From: Trichoplax adhaerens
Lineage: Eukaryota; Animalia; Placozoa
Reading direction: 5' to 3'
Length of the DNA stretch: 64,000 nucleotides
Assembly (NCBI RefSeq): GCF_000150275.1
Contig: NW_002060943.1
Span: 8,130,066-8,194,065 of the forward strand
The notes beneath the pieces are model-generated. The model saw only the letters and a program-made list of their open reading frames with translations, searched no databases and was not told the origin of the DNA. Both the position numbers and the translations under genes were made by a program. Below, piece by piece: positions 14,605-25,994 of this stretch; position 1 is the first letter of the stretch; each line of letters opens with the position of its first letter.

Positions 14605-15070
14605 AATATTCCCATTTCGGTAGGTAAAACAATTCAGTTTAAACTCTTTTACTTTTCACTAATTTAATTCATTGCTGGCATTTTGGTTGACGCTTACGAT
14701 AGCATTGGACATACTAACAATGAATTTATAGAGCAAATCAATGCATCGTTTCTTCCCTTTACTGTATATTATTAGTATTTCAGTTGGTAAAACTATTGCC
14801 ATCAACCTCTTTTACTTTTCTCTCACTTCATTCATTCCACCCATTTTTGGTTACTCTTACAATAGCATTAGGCTTATTAACCATGAGCGTGTAGATCAAA
14901 TCAACCTATTAATTCTTCGCTATATACTGCTATTATTACTCTTTCAGTTTGAACTCTTTTCCTTTTCTCCAATTTAATTCATTACTCTCATTTTTACTTA
15001 CTCTTACAATAGCATTGAACTTATTAAAGGTGAACATGTTGAGCAAATCAATGTATTGATCCTTCCCTGT
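14605..15070. repeat. Diverged tandem repeat, about 3 x 150-165 bp
   Basis: CTCTTTT.CTTTTC near 14644, 14807 and 14954; CTTAC.ATAGCATT and CAAATCAA occur in every unit. Confidence 0.85.
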
Positions 15071-16269
15071 CTATTTAAAATGACAACTGTTTAAAATCGT
15101 CTATTTATTACGTGTCGTGTAGATAATACCTACAGTCATGATGGCATAGAAAGAATATAATGTTGCACCTGCTGACTACCAGTTATGTTAGTATTGAAAT
15201 GATAATAATAACATGAAATTAGCGATTTGAAAGGATATTATGATTGCTAATTGATTATACCATTCTGCTAAAATCAATAGGCAAACAATGAAAATGGAAA
15301 GTCTTATTAAACTATTGAATTCATTCTTCATATGAGTCAAATACAACTACTTCAACTAAACGCATGATTATAATTGCCATATGCTGCACCCGAACAGTAG
15401 GAGGGAGGATTTAACATTCATCTTTATTTTTTGCCTTGATGGGGATCTTTTTCTATTCAATCGACGCATACTGATTAGCATATCTAAAATACAATAACAG
15501 GAAGAGATTGTTATTTTATTCTATATTACCTTGGCATTGAATCTAGCGGATGTTATCATCCATCATCATAGCTATACTGTCTTGCCATCATTATCATAAG
15601 GTTGCTATAAGTAGTTAGACACAGACACAAAAAAAATCCTGACATTAAAATTGTTTAAACTTGTTGTTTGACTGGCCCTTTGTTCAATTCTTGAATTCAA
15701 ATCAGTGCTTTTGTAACCATATTCAATCTATTTTATGATGTTGAGAATACTTTAATCAAGTTATTCCGACAGCAACATCGTTTAGCTTCAACAATTTATC
15801 TCACTTTGGGTACATTTACTTCTTTATTTTTTTCTAGCTTTTTTTAAAAACTTGACGAGAACGATTAGTCCGTATTTAAATCGATTCATTGCTTACCATC
15901 GATTTAATTTAATGTCCTTAATTGTCGACTTTATCAATTTGCTTAGCAACAATAAGAATATTAATAATGTAGATAAAATTTGAACTACTGTTCGTACGGA
16001 TCTTGACACTTTCTTTCCTAATGTATATTAATCTTAATGACGTTGGCTTGTTAGCTTAAACGATTACAACTTGGGAATATAGGCCATCTTTTCCTGGCTC
16101 ATTTTTTTTCTTCTTCCAGAAGAGTGAGTCATGATCGCTAATGCTCTCTTTTTCTTGTCAATCTTTTTAATCACTTTAGGTATGTTTCTTATTGATCCTA
16201 GTCTGTAGAATAGATGCTGACGACAACCATTGACATCATCAATTAAAGCCTATCTCTCGTATCGCTATA

Positions 16270-19218
16270 ATGGTGGCCATTACCTTTGCCTACTCGCCAA
16301 TACATATCCTTCCTATTCTGATTATCAGTTTATTATGGCCATGGGTATACTCCAATCAACTTGCTTTTGTCTCCAATGCCAATTATTCTAGTGATATTAT
16401 TGCTTTCCAAAGTGGTGATGTTGTCCTAGGTGGACTATTTTCAGTTCATTTCCATTATAATCCACTCAGTCGGAAGTGTGGTTATATTAGTGAACGCGGA
16501 GTGAAATGGGTACAAGCTATGATTTATACTATCGATCAAATTAATAATAATCAAAATATTCTACCCAATATTACTATTGGATTTGATATACGTGATACAT
16601 GCAGTAGTGCTAGTCATGCATTAGAAGAAAGTTTAGATTTTGTTATTTATTCACATCTTGAAGATAAACGTCGACGAAATGCATTATTAGGCAATATTTG
16701 TGGTAAAGATTTTACTCCCTCGAGCAATACTTATTATCAATCACCAGAGGTTCGCAATCAAACAGTAGCAAGTTCATTTAGTGCTATCCCTAACATTGCT
16801 GCGGTCATCGGTGGCCGTAGTAGTCGTGTTTCCATTGCTGTTGCTAGCTTATTAAGTAATTTCGATATTGCTCAAATTAGTTATGCATCAACAAGTCGAT
16901 TACTAAGCGATACTATTCAATACAAGTCGTTTTTTCGCACAGTACCAACCGATGAAAATCAAGCTAAAGCCATCGTCGATATTGTGAAACATTTTAATTG
17001 GACTTATGTTTCCACTGTGGCTGTCGATGATAGTTATGGACGTTTAGCGGTGAGTAGCTTTCAGAAAAAAGCAGCTGCTCATGGCATTTGTATCGCAGTC
17101 GATCAACGCTTTCCAAGTCAAAATAATAAACAAGCTATTCGCGAAATTGTTGCTGCATTAAAAGCAGCCAATTCCGCTAAGGTAATAATCTTATTTTGTG
17201 CCGAATATGAAGCAATCGACTTCCTAGAAGAGGCAAGTAATCAAAATTTAACTGATCGTATCTTTATTGGTTCTGATGCCTGGGGTGATTCTCCTAAAGT
17301 TGCAGCACTACGACGCGAAATTGTCCAAGGGATGCTTGGTGTTGTCTTAAATGGTAAGCATATACCCAAATTTGAAGATTATTTAAAAACATTAAATCTA
17401 TGCAATAATCAACGTAATCCATGGTTTCAACAATTATGGTATGCTAAAAGTCAGCAAAATGATATTGCATTTGATCCAAGTGATTGTGTTATCCCACCTG
17501 AGTTTCATTTAAATTATACCGATACTTTTTATCGAGAAAATAGCAAAGTTGTCTATGTCATGGATGCCATCTATGCAGTAGCACATGCTCTACATAATAT
17601 GCTGGAATGTACCACTACCTATTGTAAAGCATTCAACAACTCACAAATTGATCGTACTGCCTTTATAAAATACATCCAGAATGTTACTTTTAATGCCATC
17701 TCGGTCAAAGATTTCCATTTTAGCCCTGAAGGCGATGCTTTAGGCGTCTACGAAATTCGTAATTTACAGCCAAGTTTAACCGATCCCAATCAATTGCAAT
17801 TTACAACCGTAGGCGAATGGGATATGTCGCAAACGAATGGAATGGAATTAACTTTAAATAATAAGAAAGTGACATGGTCGACCGCTAATCCTAATCGAGT
17901 CCCTAAATCACGTTGTAGTGAGGACTGTCTACCGGGTACTTATCGAAAATTTAGCAGTATTATATCATGTTGCTGGGAATGTCTTCCCTGCTCTCGCAAA
18001 ACCATTTCCAATTTTACGAATGCTGGCAATTGTGAAGTTTGCCTACCAGGTAACATGCCTAATGCTAATTTATCTGATTGCATCGATAAACCACCGGTTA
18101 TTATTCGATGGGGTGATATCTTATCCATTATCGTTTTAGTATTGGTCGGTGTTACATTTATTTTCATTTTGTTGACATGGGCCATCTTGATTAAATATCG
18201 TCATTCACCTATTGCTAAAGCATCCAATTTATTACTATCCCATTTTCTGCTGATTGGTATCTCCATTTGCAATCTTACACCGATTGCTTTTATTGCCCCA
18301 CCGACCGTTTTCATTTGTAACTTGACATTATTCATATTTAGCTTTGCTATTTCACTAGTAATGTCGACGATCATGGCTAAAACCAATAGAATATCCAAGA
18401 TCTTTCATAGTGCATTAAGTTTTGCACGCAATCCATCCGCATTCTTGAGAAATAGCACTCAAGCAGCATTTGTACTAATTTTAACCAGTATTGAAGCTAC
18501 CATTTGTACCATCGCTACTTTTACTGATAGAATCGAAGTCATTCGCCATTTATCTTCGACTGACGACGTATACTTGCGCTGTGAATCTAAAACCAAGATT
18601 GGCTATAGCATCGCGGTTGGTTATCTTGCTATCTTAAATATTATTTGTGTCTATTTAGCCTTTAAGACTCGAAAATTACCAGAGAATTATAACGAAGCCA
18701 AATATGTTAGTTTTACATCGTTAATTATGATGTGCATTATTTTTACCATGATACCAGCTTATTTTGGTACATCAGGCCCATTCCAAGCTGCGGTAGCCTC
18801 GTTTGGCATGATAACATTTGCTATTGCTGTCCTCTTATGTATGTTCTTGCCCAAGATTTATATAATTATCTTTAAGCCTGAATTAAATACCAAGGAACGC
18901 GCTATGATGGATTTAGCAAGTTTTACTTTTAGCAATGCTAATAACAATAATTATTTGTCGGCGCCTAATAGCAGGCGGCCTTCAGTTAAAAGATCATCGG
19001 CTCCAGCAACTTTAGTGGGTAATGATCTTTGCAATAATCATGAAATGTCGCATTCTTCACCTTATTATTTCGGTAGTCGAGCACTCCGACTTTCAATTAG
19101 TGATCAGCCTGTTATAAATACTAAACAACTTACACCAGATTCTGCATCTATACCCACGATCTTGGTTGAGGATAATCTTGAATGCAAGACCGAAACTACA
19201 AGTGATTCATCTACATGA
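16270..19218 (+). CDS. Class C GPCR (CaSR/mGluR-like), intronless, copy 2
   Basis: 982-aa ORF with the same flytrap/cysteine-rich/7TM motifs (GDVVLGGLF, SYASTS, GSDAW, CCWEC, AFKTRKLPENYNEAK, PKIYII) and a long Ser-rich tail containing RRPS. Confidence 0.97.
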   Translation: MVAITFAYSPIHILPILIISLLWPWVYSNQLAFVSNANYSSDIIAFQSGDVVLGGLFSVHFHYNPLSRKCGYISERGVKWVQAMIYTIDQINNNQNILPNITIGFDIRDTCSSASHALEESLDFVIYSHLEDKRRRNALLGNICGKDFTPSSNTYYQSPEVRNQTVASSFSAIPNIAAVIGGRSSRVSIAVASLLSNFDIAQISYASTSRLLSDTIQYKSFFRTVPTDENQAKAIVDIVKHFNWTYVSTVAVDDSYGRLAVSSFQKKAAAHGICIAVDQRFPSQNNKQAIREIVAALKAANSAKVIILFCAEYEAIDFLEEASNQNLTDRIFIGSDAWGDSPKVAALRREIVQGMLGVVLNGKHIPKFEDYLKTLNLCNNQRNPWFQQLWYAKSQQNDIAFDPSDCVIPPEFHLNYTDTFYRENSKVVYVMDAIYAVAHALHNMLECTTTYCKAFNNSQIDRTAFIKYIQNVTFNAISVKDFHFSPEGDALGVYEIRNLQPSLTDPNQLQFTTVGEWDMSQTNGMELTLNNKKVTWSTANPNRVPKSRCSEDCLPGTYRKFSSIISCCWECLPCSRKTISNFTNAGNCEVCLPGNMPNANLSDCIDKPPVIIRWGDILSIIVLVLVGVTFIFILLTWAILIKYRHSPIAKASNLLLSHFLLIGISICNLTPIAFIAPPTVFICNLTLFIFSFAISLVMSTIMAKTNRISKIFHSALSFARNPSAFLRNSTQAAFVLILTSIEATICTIATFTDRIEVIRHLSSTDDVYLRCESKTKIGYSIAVGYLAILNIICVYLAFKTRKLPENYNEAKYVSFTSLIMMCIIFTMIPAYFGTSGPFQAAVASFGMITFAIAVLLCMFLPKIYIIIFKPELNTKERAMMDLASFTFSNANNNNYLSAPNSRRPSVKRSSAPATLVGNDLCNNHEMSHSSPYYFGSRALRLSISDQPVINTKQLTPDSASIPTILVEDNLECKTETTSDSST

Positions 19219-21644
19219 TTTACATTAGAGCTTGAAATTTTTAAGCTACGACTAAAGTCTTTATGAAGAGCATCACTGTTTACTTTTAAACTATCTTCAG
19301 TATATTTTGGAAATTCTTAGAATCAGGATTATTTCGTACTAAATTAAGTTCAGTATCGGCCTGATGATAACTTGGATATCAAGCTTAGAACTATTCATAC
19401 TACACTTCTGAATCTCAAACATATCGGTAGCATATCATAGAAGAGTTATGTCCATATCAAACAAAACTTGAGTATCATGCTAAAATGGCTTGCGATGTTT
19501 CGAATATCGTATTTTAAATTTTTGAAGTAGATTTACCTCGTTATAGAACAGATTTTGAAATTGGGCTGGAAATGGTTGGTTAGTTACCTTTATAATGGCC
19601 ATACTTAAAGTCTGTGAGCGATATCAAGCTAGAAGCTAATTACGCACATCATAGCAATGGATCTTTTTAGTTTTAGAAACCTTTAAATAATGGTAAATCA
19701 GTATCATAACCCAAAATGGCCAAAGATGTCGAGAACGGAAAATCCTCCTAGCCTGTCAACGTTATGTTGTTATGATTTGAAATAACAGCATGGATTTTAT
19801 TCCACCTTCTCTATGCACACATATACATTATATGTTATACGATCAATACTAAGGCAGAATCGACTTACTACTCAATATGGTTACCACGGTTATATTTCCT
19901 ACTTGAAGCTCTGCTTTAAGTTGGTTATGATAGATCATTAAACCTATTCACAACCCATCATAGTGGCTTGGTAAAAATTAAGTTTCATATTGAACAGACT
20001 GATTTAAGTTAATTATGGTCAAAATTAAGGCAAAATATGTTTACTATTCGTCATAATATTATGGCAATAATTGACTTCATTACTTTGATATATTAATATC
20101 CTTAACGAATCAATTCCAGTGGTAATCAGCTCGATTTTCAACATCATTACAAAAACTACCAGTACCGCATTTGGTATTCAAATCTCTTATACTGACGTAT
20201 CCATTCCAATCTATCTTGATATTATGGTCGCAATAAAATGTTGGTAATCTGGCAGCATGAAATTTAGACAACACTAAAGTAGGCTCATATCTTGATCTTA
20301 AACACTATAGTTCTAACATGAAGCTGGATGTAAATTTTCAATATACTTCTATATAACTTATGTAATGTAACTGAGATCGGATGGAAGAAAAACTCCGATG
20401 AAGATATCGAATAATCAACAAATTTGGCCTATATTATTGCTGGATAACTCCATAAATCAGAGCAGTATCAATTTAGATCTATTTAATTGTCACATGTATA
20501 GTTTTATAATGGCAAAGCATTATGGCATAGTAGCCTGATAGTCTGTTAACATAAACGTCATACGCTACTAACGACTTAAAGTGGACATTTAAAATAACTG
20601 TCAAGTAAATTGTTAGCCTTGATATGATTATTTTTTTATCACTTCAGAATTAGCTATAAGGACTTCTATTTCTTCAGATATAGAGGGTTATTTAGTTAGA
20701 TAAGATTTCTATGATAGGCTTTTAGATATTATATCTCACTAAGCATAAATTAGCTTTTCCAGTCTATTACAGGGTAGCAATATATTGCTTGAATATTCTA
20801 TCTTTTCCACAAAAAATTATCTAGCAGAGATATAATTTATAATCAACGCAAATTAATGATAAAATGTAGAGATACTTTGTGATAAATTAATAACTTTAAC
20901 AAGCTAAAGAAATGTACTGTATAGTATTTGTGTTTAATACATTTAGTTTTCTCTACTATAACCTAACCCGACATTGCACACCTTTTCATTTCTAGAAGTC
21001 TTTATATGTAAATGGCGAATTACCTATTTTAGTATCAATAACTGATACACAGAAATAAGTAAATGACTTTATTATCATTACATTACCATAGAATATATTG
21101 GACTATGTCTTTCGGCAACCAGAACTTGGAATTAATGAAAAGTTTTTCATCGTAACATAATCTCTTTATTTCTCTGTTCAACTTATACTGTATTTTGGAA
21201 AGTAATTTTAAGATTACAGCGGATGGTATAAAATGTATCTTTCGCTTGAAATAAAGTTAATATATTGTTATAGCGATCATGATGATATAATTAAGACATA
21301 TTCGATATATTCATCATATTTCGCTAGTAGTTAATTTATGTTCTACTCAGTTCTATCTGTCATTTTTAACAACTCTCATACTTTTACTTTAAATTATTGA
21401 ATTGCCAAGAATTGATTAAATCTTCTTCTAACGACTTATCTATACTATTCTCCTTACGGAATAATTTCGTTTAATATCATAATGTTGTCAGCTAATTTAT
21501 ATTGAATGAACGATTTATTAATTGGTCCTGTTGAAATCATTTTATTATTAATTTTTACGCTCTATGCGATTACTTGTACAAGATCATTCCCAGCAACATA
21601 TTAGTCACTATTAATTCTATAGTCGTTAAAATTATTAAATCTCA

Positions 21645-22316
21645 ATAAAATGATTATTAAGAAATGAGTAAGAGGCGAGCGATATTGACTTGGCTACGAT
21701 ACCAAATTTTAAAATCTTGATTTTTGTTTTAAGCCGAACGATGTTGGAGATAAAGAGATAGGCATGCTAAATGGAAATAAAGCCGCTAAGTATCCAAGTT
21801 CTGGGAGATACTTGATAGGTATTTTTTACTCTATCAAGAAATGCATAGGAGGGTAAGGATGCTAAAATATCCTGATTTTTATATTAAGTATGGCGATGGT
21901 GCTATAGAGAATAGTGAAATAGCTATCACGAATATAAGTAAAACTGCTAAGCATCAGGAAGTTTAAAAGTGACAGATATAATAGTATACTTTATCTATCA
22001 AGAAATGCATAGTAAAAGATGAATAAGATCTTTTGGCCACGATACAAAATATTTAAATCTTGATTTCTACATGAACGTAAACGATATTAACAATACGGAA
22101 TAGCCATTTCGAATAGGAGTAAAATTGTCAAGTATCCGAAATCCTAATAGACGTTTGATAATATGACGACCTTTTTGCTCTGTCAGGAATGTACAATAAG
22201 AGAAGAACAAAATTCGTTGGCTAGGATATCAAGCATTAAATTTTTAATATCTATATTAGGCCGAACAGTTTTAAGAATAATTGAATAGCCATTCCAAATG
22301 GGAATAAAACCGCTAT
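21645..22316. repeat. Diverged tandem repeat, about 4 x 165-185 bp
   Basis: TTGGC.A.GATA near 21690, 22033 and 22217; CTATCAAGAAATGCATAG near 21831 and 21995; repeated ATAG.YAT...GYYAAG.ATC blocks. Confidence 0.8.
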
Positions 22317-25300
22317 TTATAGCATCATACCATAGGGATTAGGGTTGAATTAGCAGTAACTAGAAACATTTGTGGAAATTACTGTCCCTATCAATTACGT
22401 TCCTTTACAGTATGTTAAAATTTTTTATTTAGAAAAAGCAAGGGCTAGAATTACTAAAAGTAGCTAAAACTTTGGTTTACCAGGTAAATAGATTTAATAA
22501 AAGGAATGTCTGTTGGGTGATGCCGAATTTTCCTTTATTTATTAGCTTTGATCTAGTGAAAGTCCTATCGATCATGATTTGGTAGCATTTTATATTTAGA
22601 TCAAAAAATTGCCTACAAGTTTGTTATTAGAGACAGAAATTATGGAAGAAGCTTCAATCTTTTCCTATTCGAATACTTTAACTACAGTATAAGAGATATG
22701 CACAATATGCGCTGTCTATCCAATATCATTCCTGATAAATATTTTAATTTCATAGTATTTTTATCAAACAGCAATTAAATTTTTCGATTGAAATTTATTT
22801 AAGAATTAATCATGATGTATCCTTAGTTTCATTGCTCATACAGCATCTAAATCCTAGTATTAAATCTAACCTGTATAATTATCTTGATGCTATAGCTCAA
22901 TTTCTTTGTTTTTTAATTGAATTTCATTTTCTCCTTGGATGACTTGGATATTTGTTGATGGTTCAAGACAGCCCTTAGTAACCTTGCTCATTAATTATTA
23001 CGATAACGGATGCCTAATCAGTATTATAGTCATATCCTTAAATTAATGAATGAACTAACTTATTAAAATAAAACAAATACCGAATAGTTTTGTAGATAAG
23101 CTCCTACTTTTCGGTTTAGATGGATCCACTTTGAATAGAAATTTTTGTATTATTTCTAACTTGACGCTTGCTTTTGTTTATTCATTATTAATTCATATCG
23201 TTCGTCTCCATTATCTTTTCAATAGATTTTGTTTTATACTTTGTAAACTATCACGTAAAATATTTGAATCCATCGTTATAAGTACTTGAGTTGATTAGAT
23301 AACAAGCCGTTAATATCGATACTAGGGTAGTCTATTCGATGGTTAAAGATTACAGTATTGGAAAAAGATTATTTGTAGGAAACTATCTTATGCTATAATG
23401 AATTTTAAAATGTAGTAAACCTGTTTATGAACTTTATGTAAATTACTTTATACATCAAGTTATATGTCAAATTACGTCTTGTATAATAAACATAACCATT
23501 AACGCTATTAGATCAACTCTAGTTGTAAATTTAGTACATCTACTTCTTGCTATATTAAATGAGATCAGTAAGCATTACGTGGGTAATTTAATTCTGTAAA
23601 TCAAACAAATTTGCCTATTGATTCATTTAAGATCATTTTATATTCAAGATTGAATACAAATAGTATCCGATTACTTGGAGAAAATGAAAATATTTTCACA
23701 GATAATAAATTACATAATCCTACTGTGTATTTTATATATGGATTAAAATTTCATATTGAACTAGGGTAATAACTATTTCCGTATCACTAAAATTAGACTA
23801 TTTTCGAGTAATCAATAGCAATTATCCCCATATCGAGTTCTTCTAGTTTAAATCTTATCGAAAAAGATACTTCGCTAGTAAACAATACGTAAAAAGCAAA
23901 TTATATGTTTCTAATTAAGAAGCTTGTTTACTTCTTCGATACCGGAATTGTAACCTATATCGTACTGTATATTGAAGTTGATCTACTGTATATCTATTCT
24001 AAATTTATTAGAGAGCTAATATCGCTGTGAGTGATTAATTCATTTGTATTTTCCATATATTACATGGCTTCTATAATGTTATCTAAACGTATTTACACGT
24101 ATTTAGGTTTATCGAAAAAGTTTCGTTTTCTGACATTGATGTCCTTGAAAGATGCCATTCATCTTAATGCAGTAAATTACGTAAATGATTTATGTATTAA
24201 CTTTGGCTAAACCGTGCGTAAAATTATACATAGCTATGTATACTTGTTAAATATTTACAGTAGGGACTTGAAAATTTTGTTCATAAATGTATTTACGCAT
24301 ATTTAGTTTTCAAGATCATTACAGTAAACTGAAGTAGCTATTTCCTGATATATAACAAATGAAAAATATCAATCAAAAGATATAATACTGAAAGCAGACA
24401 AGTATCCACGGTACAATAAATATAGTATCCGACTTCAAAAACAATGTAAGTATACGGAATACAGCGTATAATCATCACTTATTTATCAGTTAGAAACTGA
24501 AATGAGTAATTATGAATACAGTAATTTTAACTTGTATCGGAGTTTAGGTGAAATAAAACGATTTTAGTGAATTTTCTAACGGGCACGTATAACCGTAAAG
24601 TAAAATTGAAATGTAGTAAACTCATCTGTTAAAATTAACAAAAATCAATAAATAAGGTTAAAGCTCGGAGTAATATTTTCGGAATGCCAGTAAAATCTAG
24701 GTATATTACGTTATTAATATCTTGTTCACAATAACCTGTATTTATATGAATAATATTTACTGTTATGAAAGATAGGTTTAATACAGCAGAATTATCCGCT
24801 AGTTTTCCGACAATAAATACGCATGCTGGATGACGTTACTATTGATGATGGGTTATTTTCGTAATGCTTTAAGGGTCAAAAGGGCTATCCCTATCCTATA
24901 TTGATATTTTGATCTATGGAACGAATCAAATATGATCTAGATATCATTTTTTTTCGGGTTAAGAGTCTCCCAGATAATGATACAAATTGTGATTGTATTG
25001 ATATGGCTGTATTAGAACTCGATTTAATGTGACTATAGAACAAACCAGTATGGACATTACCGTACCTTAACTATTATAACAAGCGGAAGGATATAAGTCT
25101 CAAAATTAAAAGGTATACGTGATGAATAATTATTCAGTATCAGTAACTCTTGTACCATATTAAAAGTAAGATGGAGGGTAGAAATAATAGTTAATTACCA
25201 GAGTTAAAAGATATAGGCAAACAACGATCATAATACTGATAGTTTATTTATTACCAAATGGATATTATTGAAAATTCGCATTAAAACTTCAAATATCGAT

Positions 25301-25994
25301 AAAGTCGTGTCACTTAGTGTCTGTGAAGTAGATCATAAATATAGAATAAATTCTGTTATTATCATTCTAATAAAGGAAAATAGTGGTATTGAATTGTATT
25401 TATAATGCACCTGCTGGTAGGCAAATATGAAATATTATTGTACTTTAAAATTCATGAGGCATTAATAAATAACTTACTCCTAGAGTTTTCCCTATGATTT
25501 AAAATTATTGCGCTGGTAATACTATTATTCTCTATGCGATTTACAGTGAAATGAATTTAAGTAAACAATTTAATTTTCTCTAAGCTATTTAAGTATTCAG
25601 CCGAAAGAGGTGAAAGAAAATAAGGAAGAAAATTTTTAGTGCTGCCATTGCGTGCTACCTGATAAATTATGGTATCGGTAAAATACGTTGATTGAATTTA
25701 TGTGTATATCAAATGTAATCTTACCTATATTCTAGGAAGAAATGATCAAGTACAAGATCATTTTAAAATATATAAAGTCATCTAATAAGTCTATCGATGT
25801 TCGTCATTGAAAAGCTTATATTAAATCTATCCAATCTTTAAGTGAATTATCCGAATCGTTATCATCAAGGAAATTTTTTCAAATAGTTTTTAGAACCTAG
25901 ATTATAACATTCCATATTACCTTGACCAATTGGATATCTATTGAATATTGTGATCTCGACGATCATATAATTGCTATCATTTAAACCACTAAAA

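Noticed and set aside
14741-14977. 78-aa hydrophobic ORF
   Set aside because: It lies wholly within the T-rich tandem repeat, and the hydrophobicity is compositional.
17918-18398. Short alternative-frame and antisense ORFs inside GPCR copy 2 (similarly 27305-28651 in copy 3)
   Set aside because: Shadow ORFs of a long coding region; their similarity between copies just reflects the paralogy.
11041-22316. Spaced repeats as a CRISPR-like array
   Set aside because: Whole units are similar along their length, with no constant repeat plus unique spacer. The context is eukaryotic and no cas genes are present.
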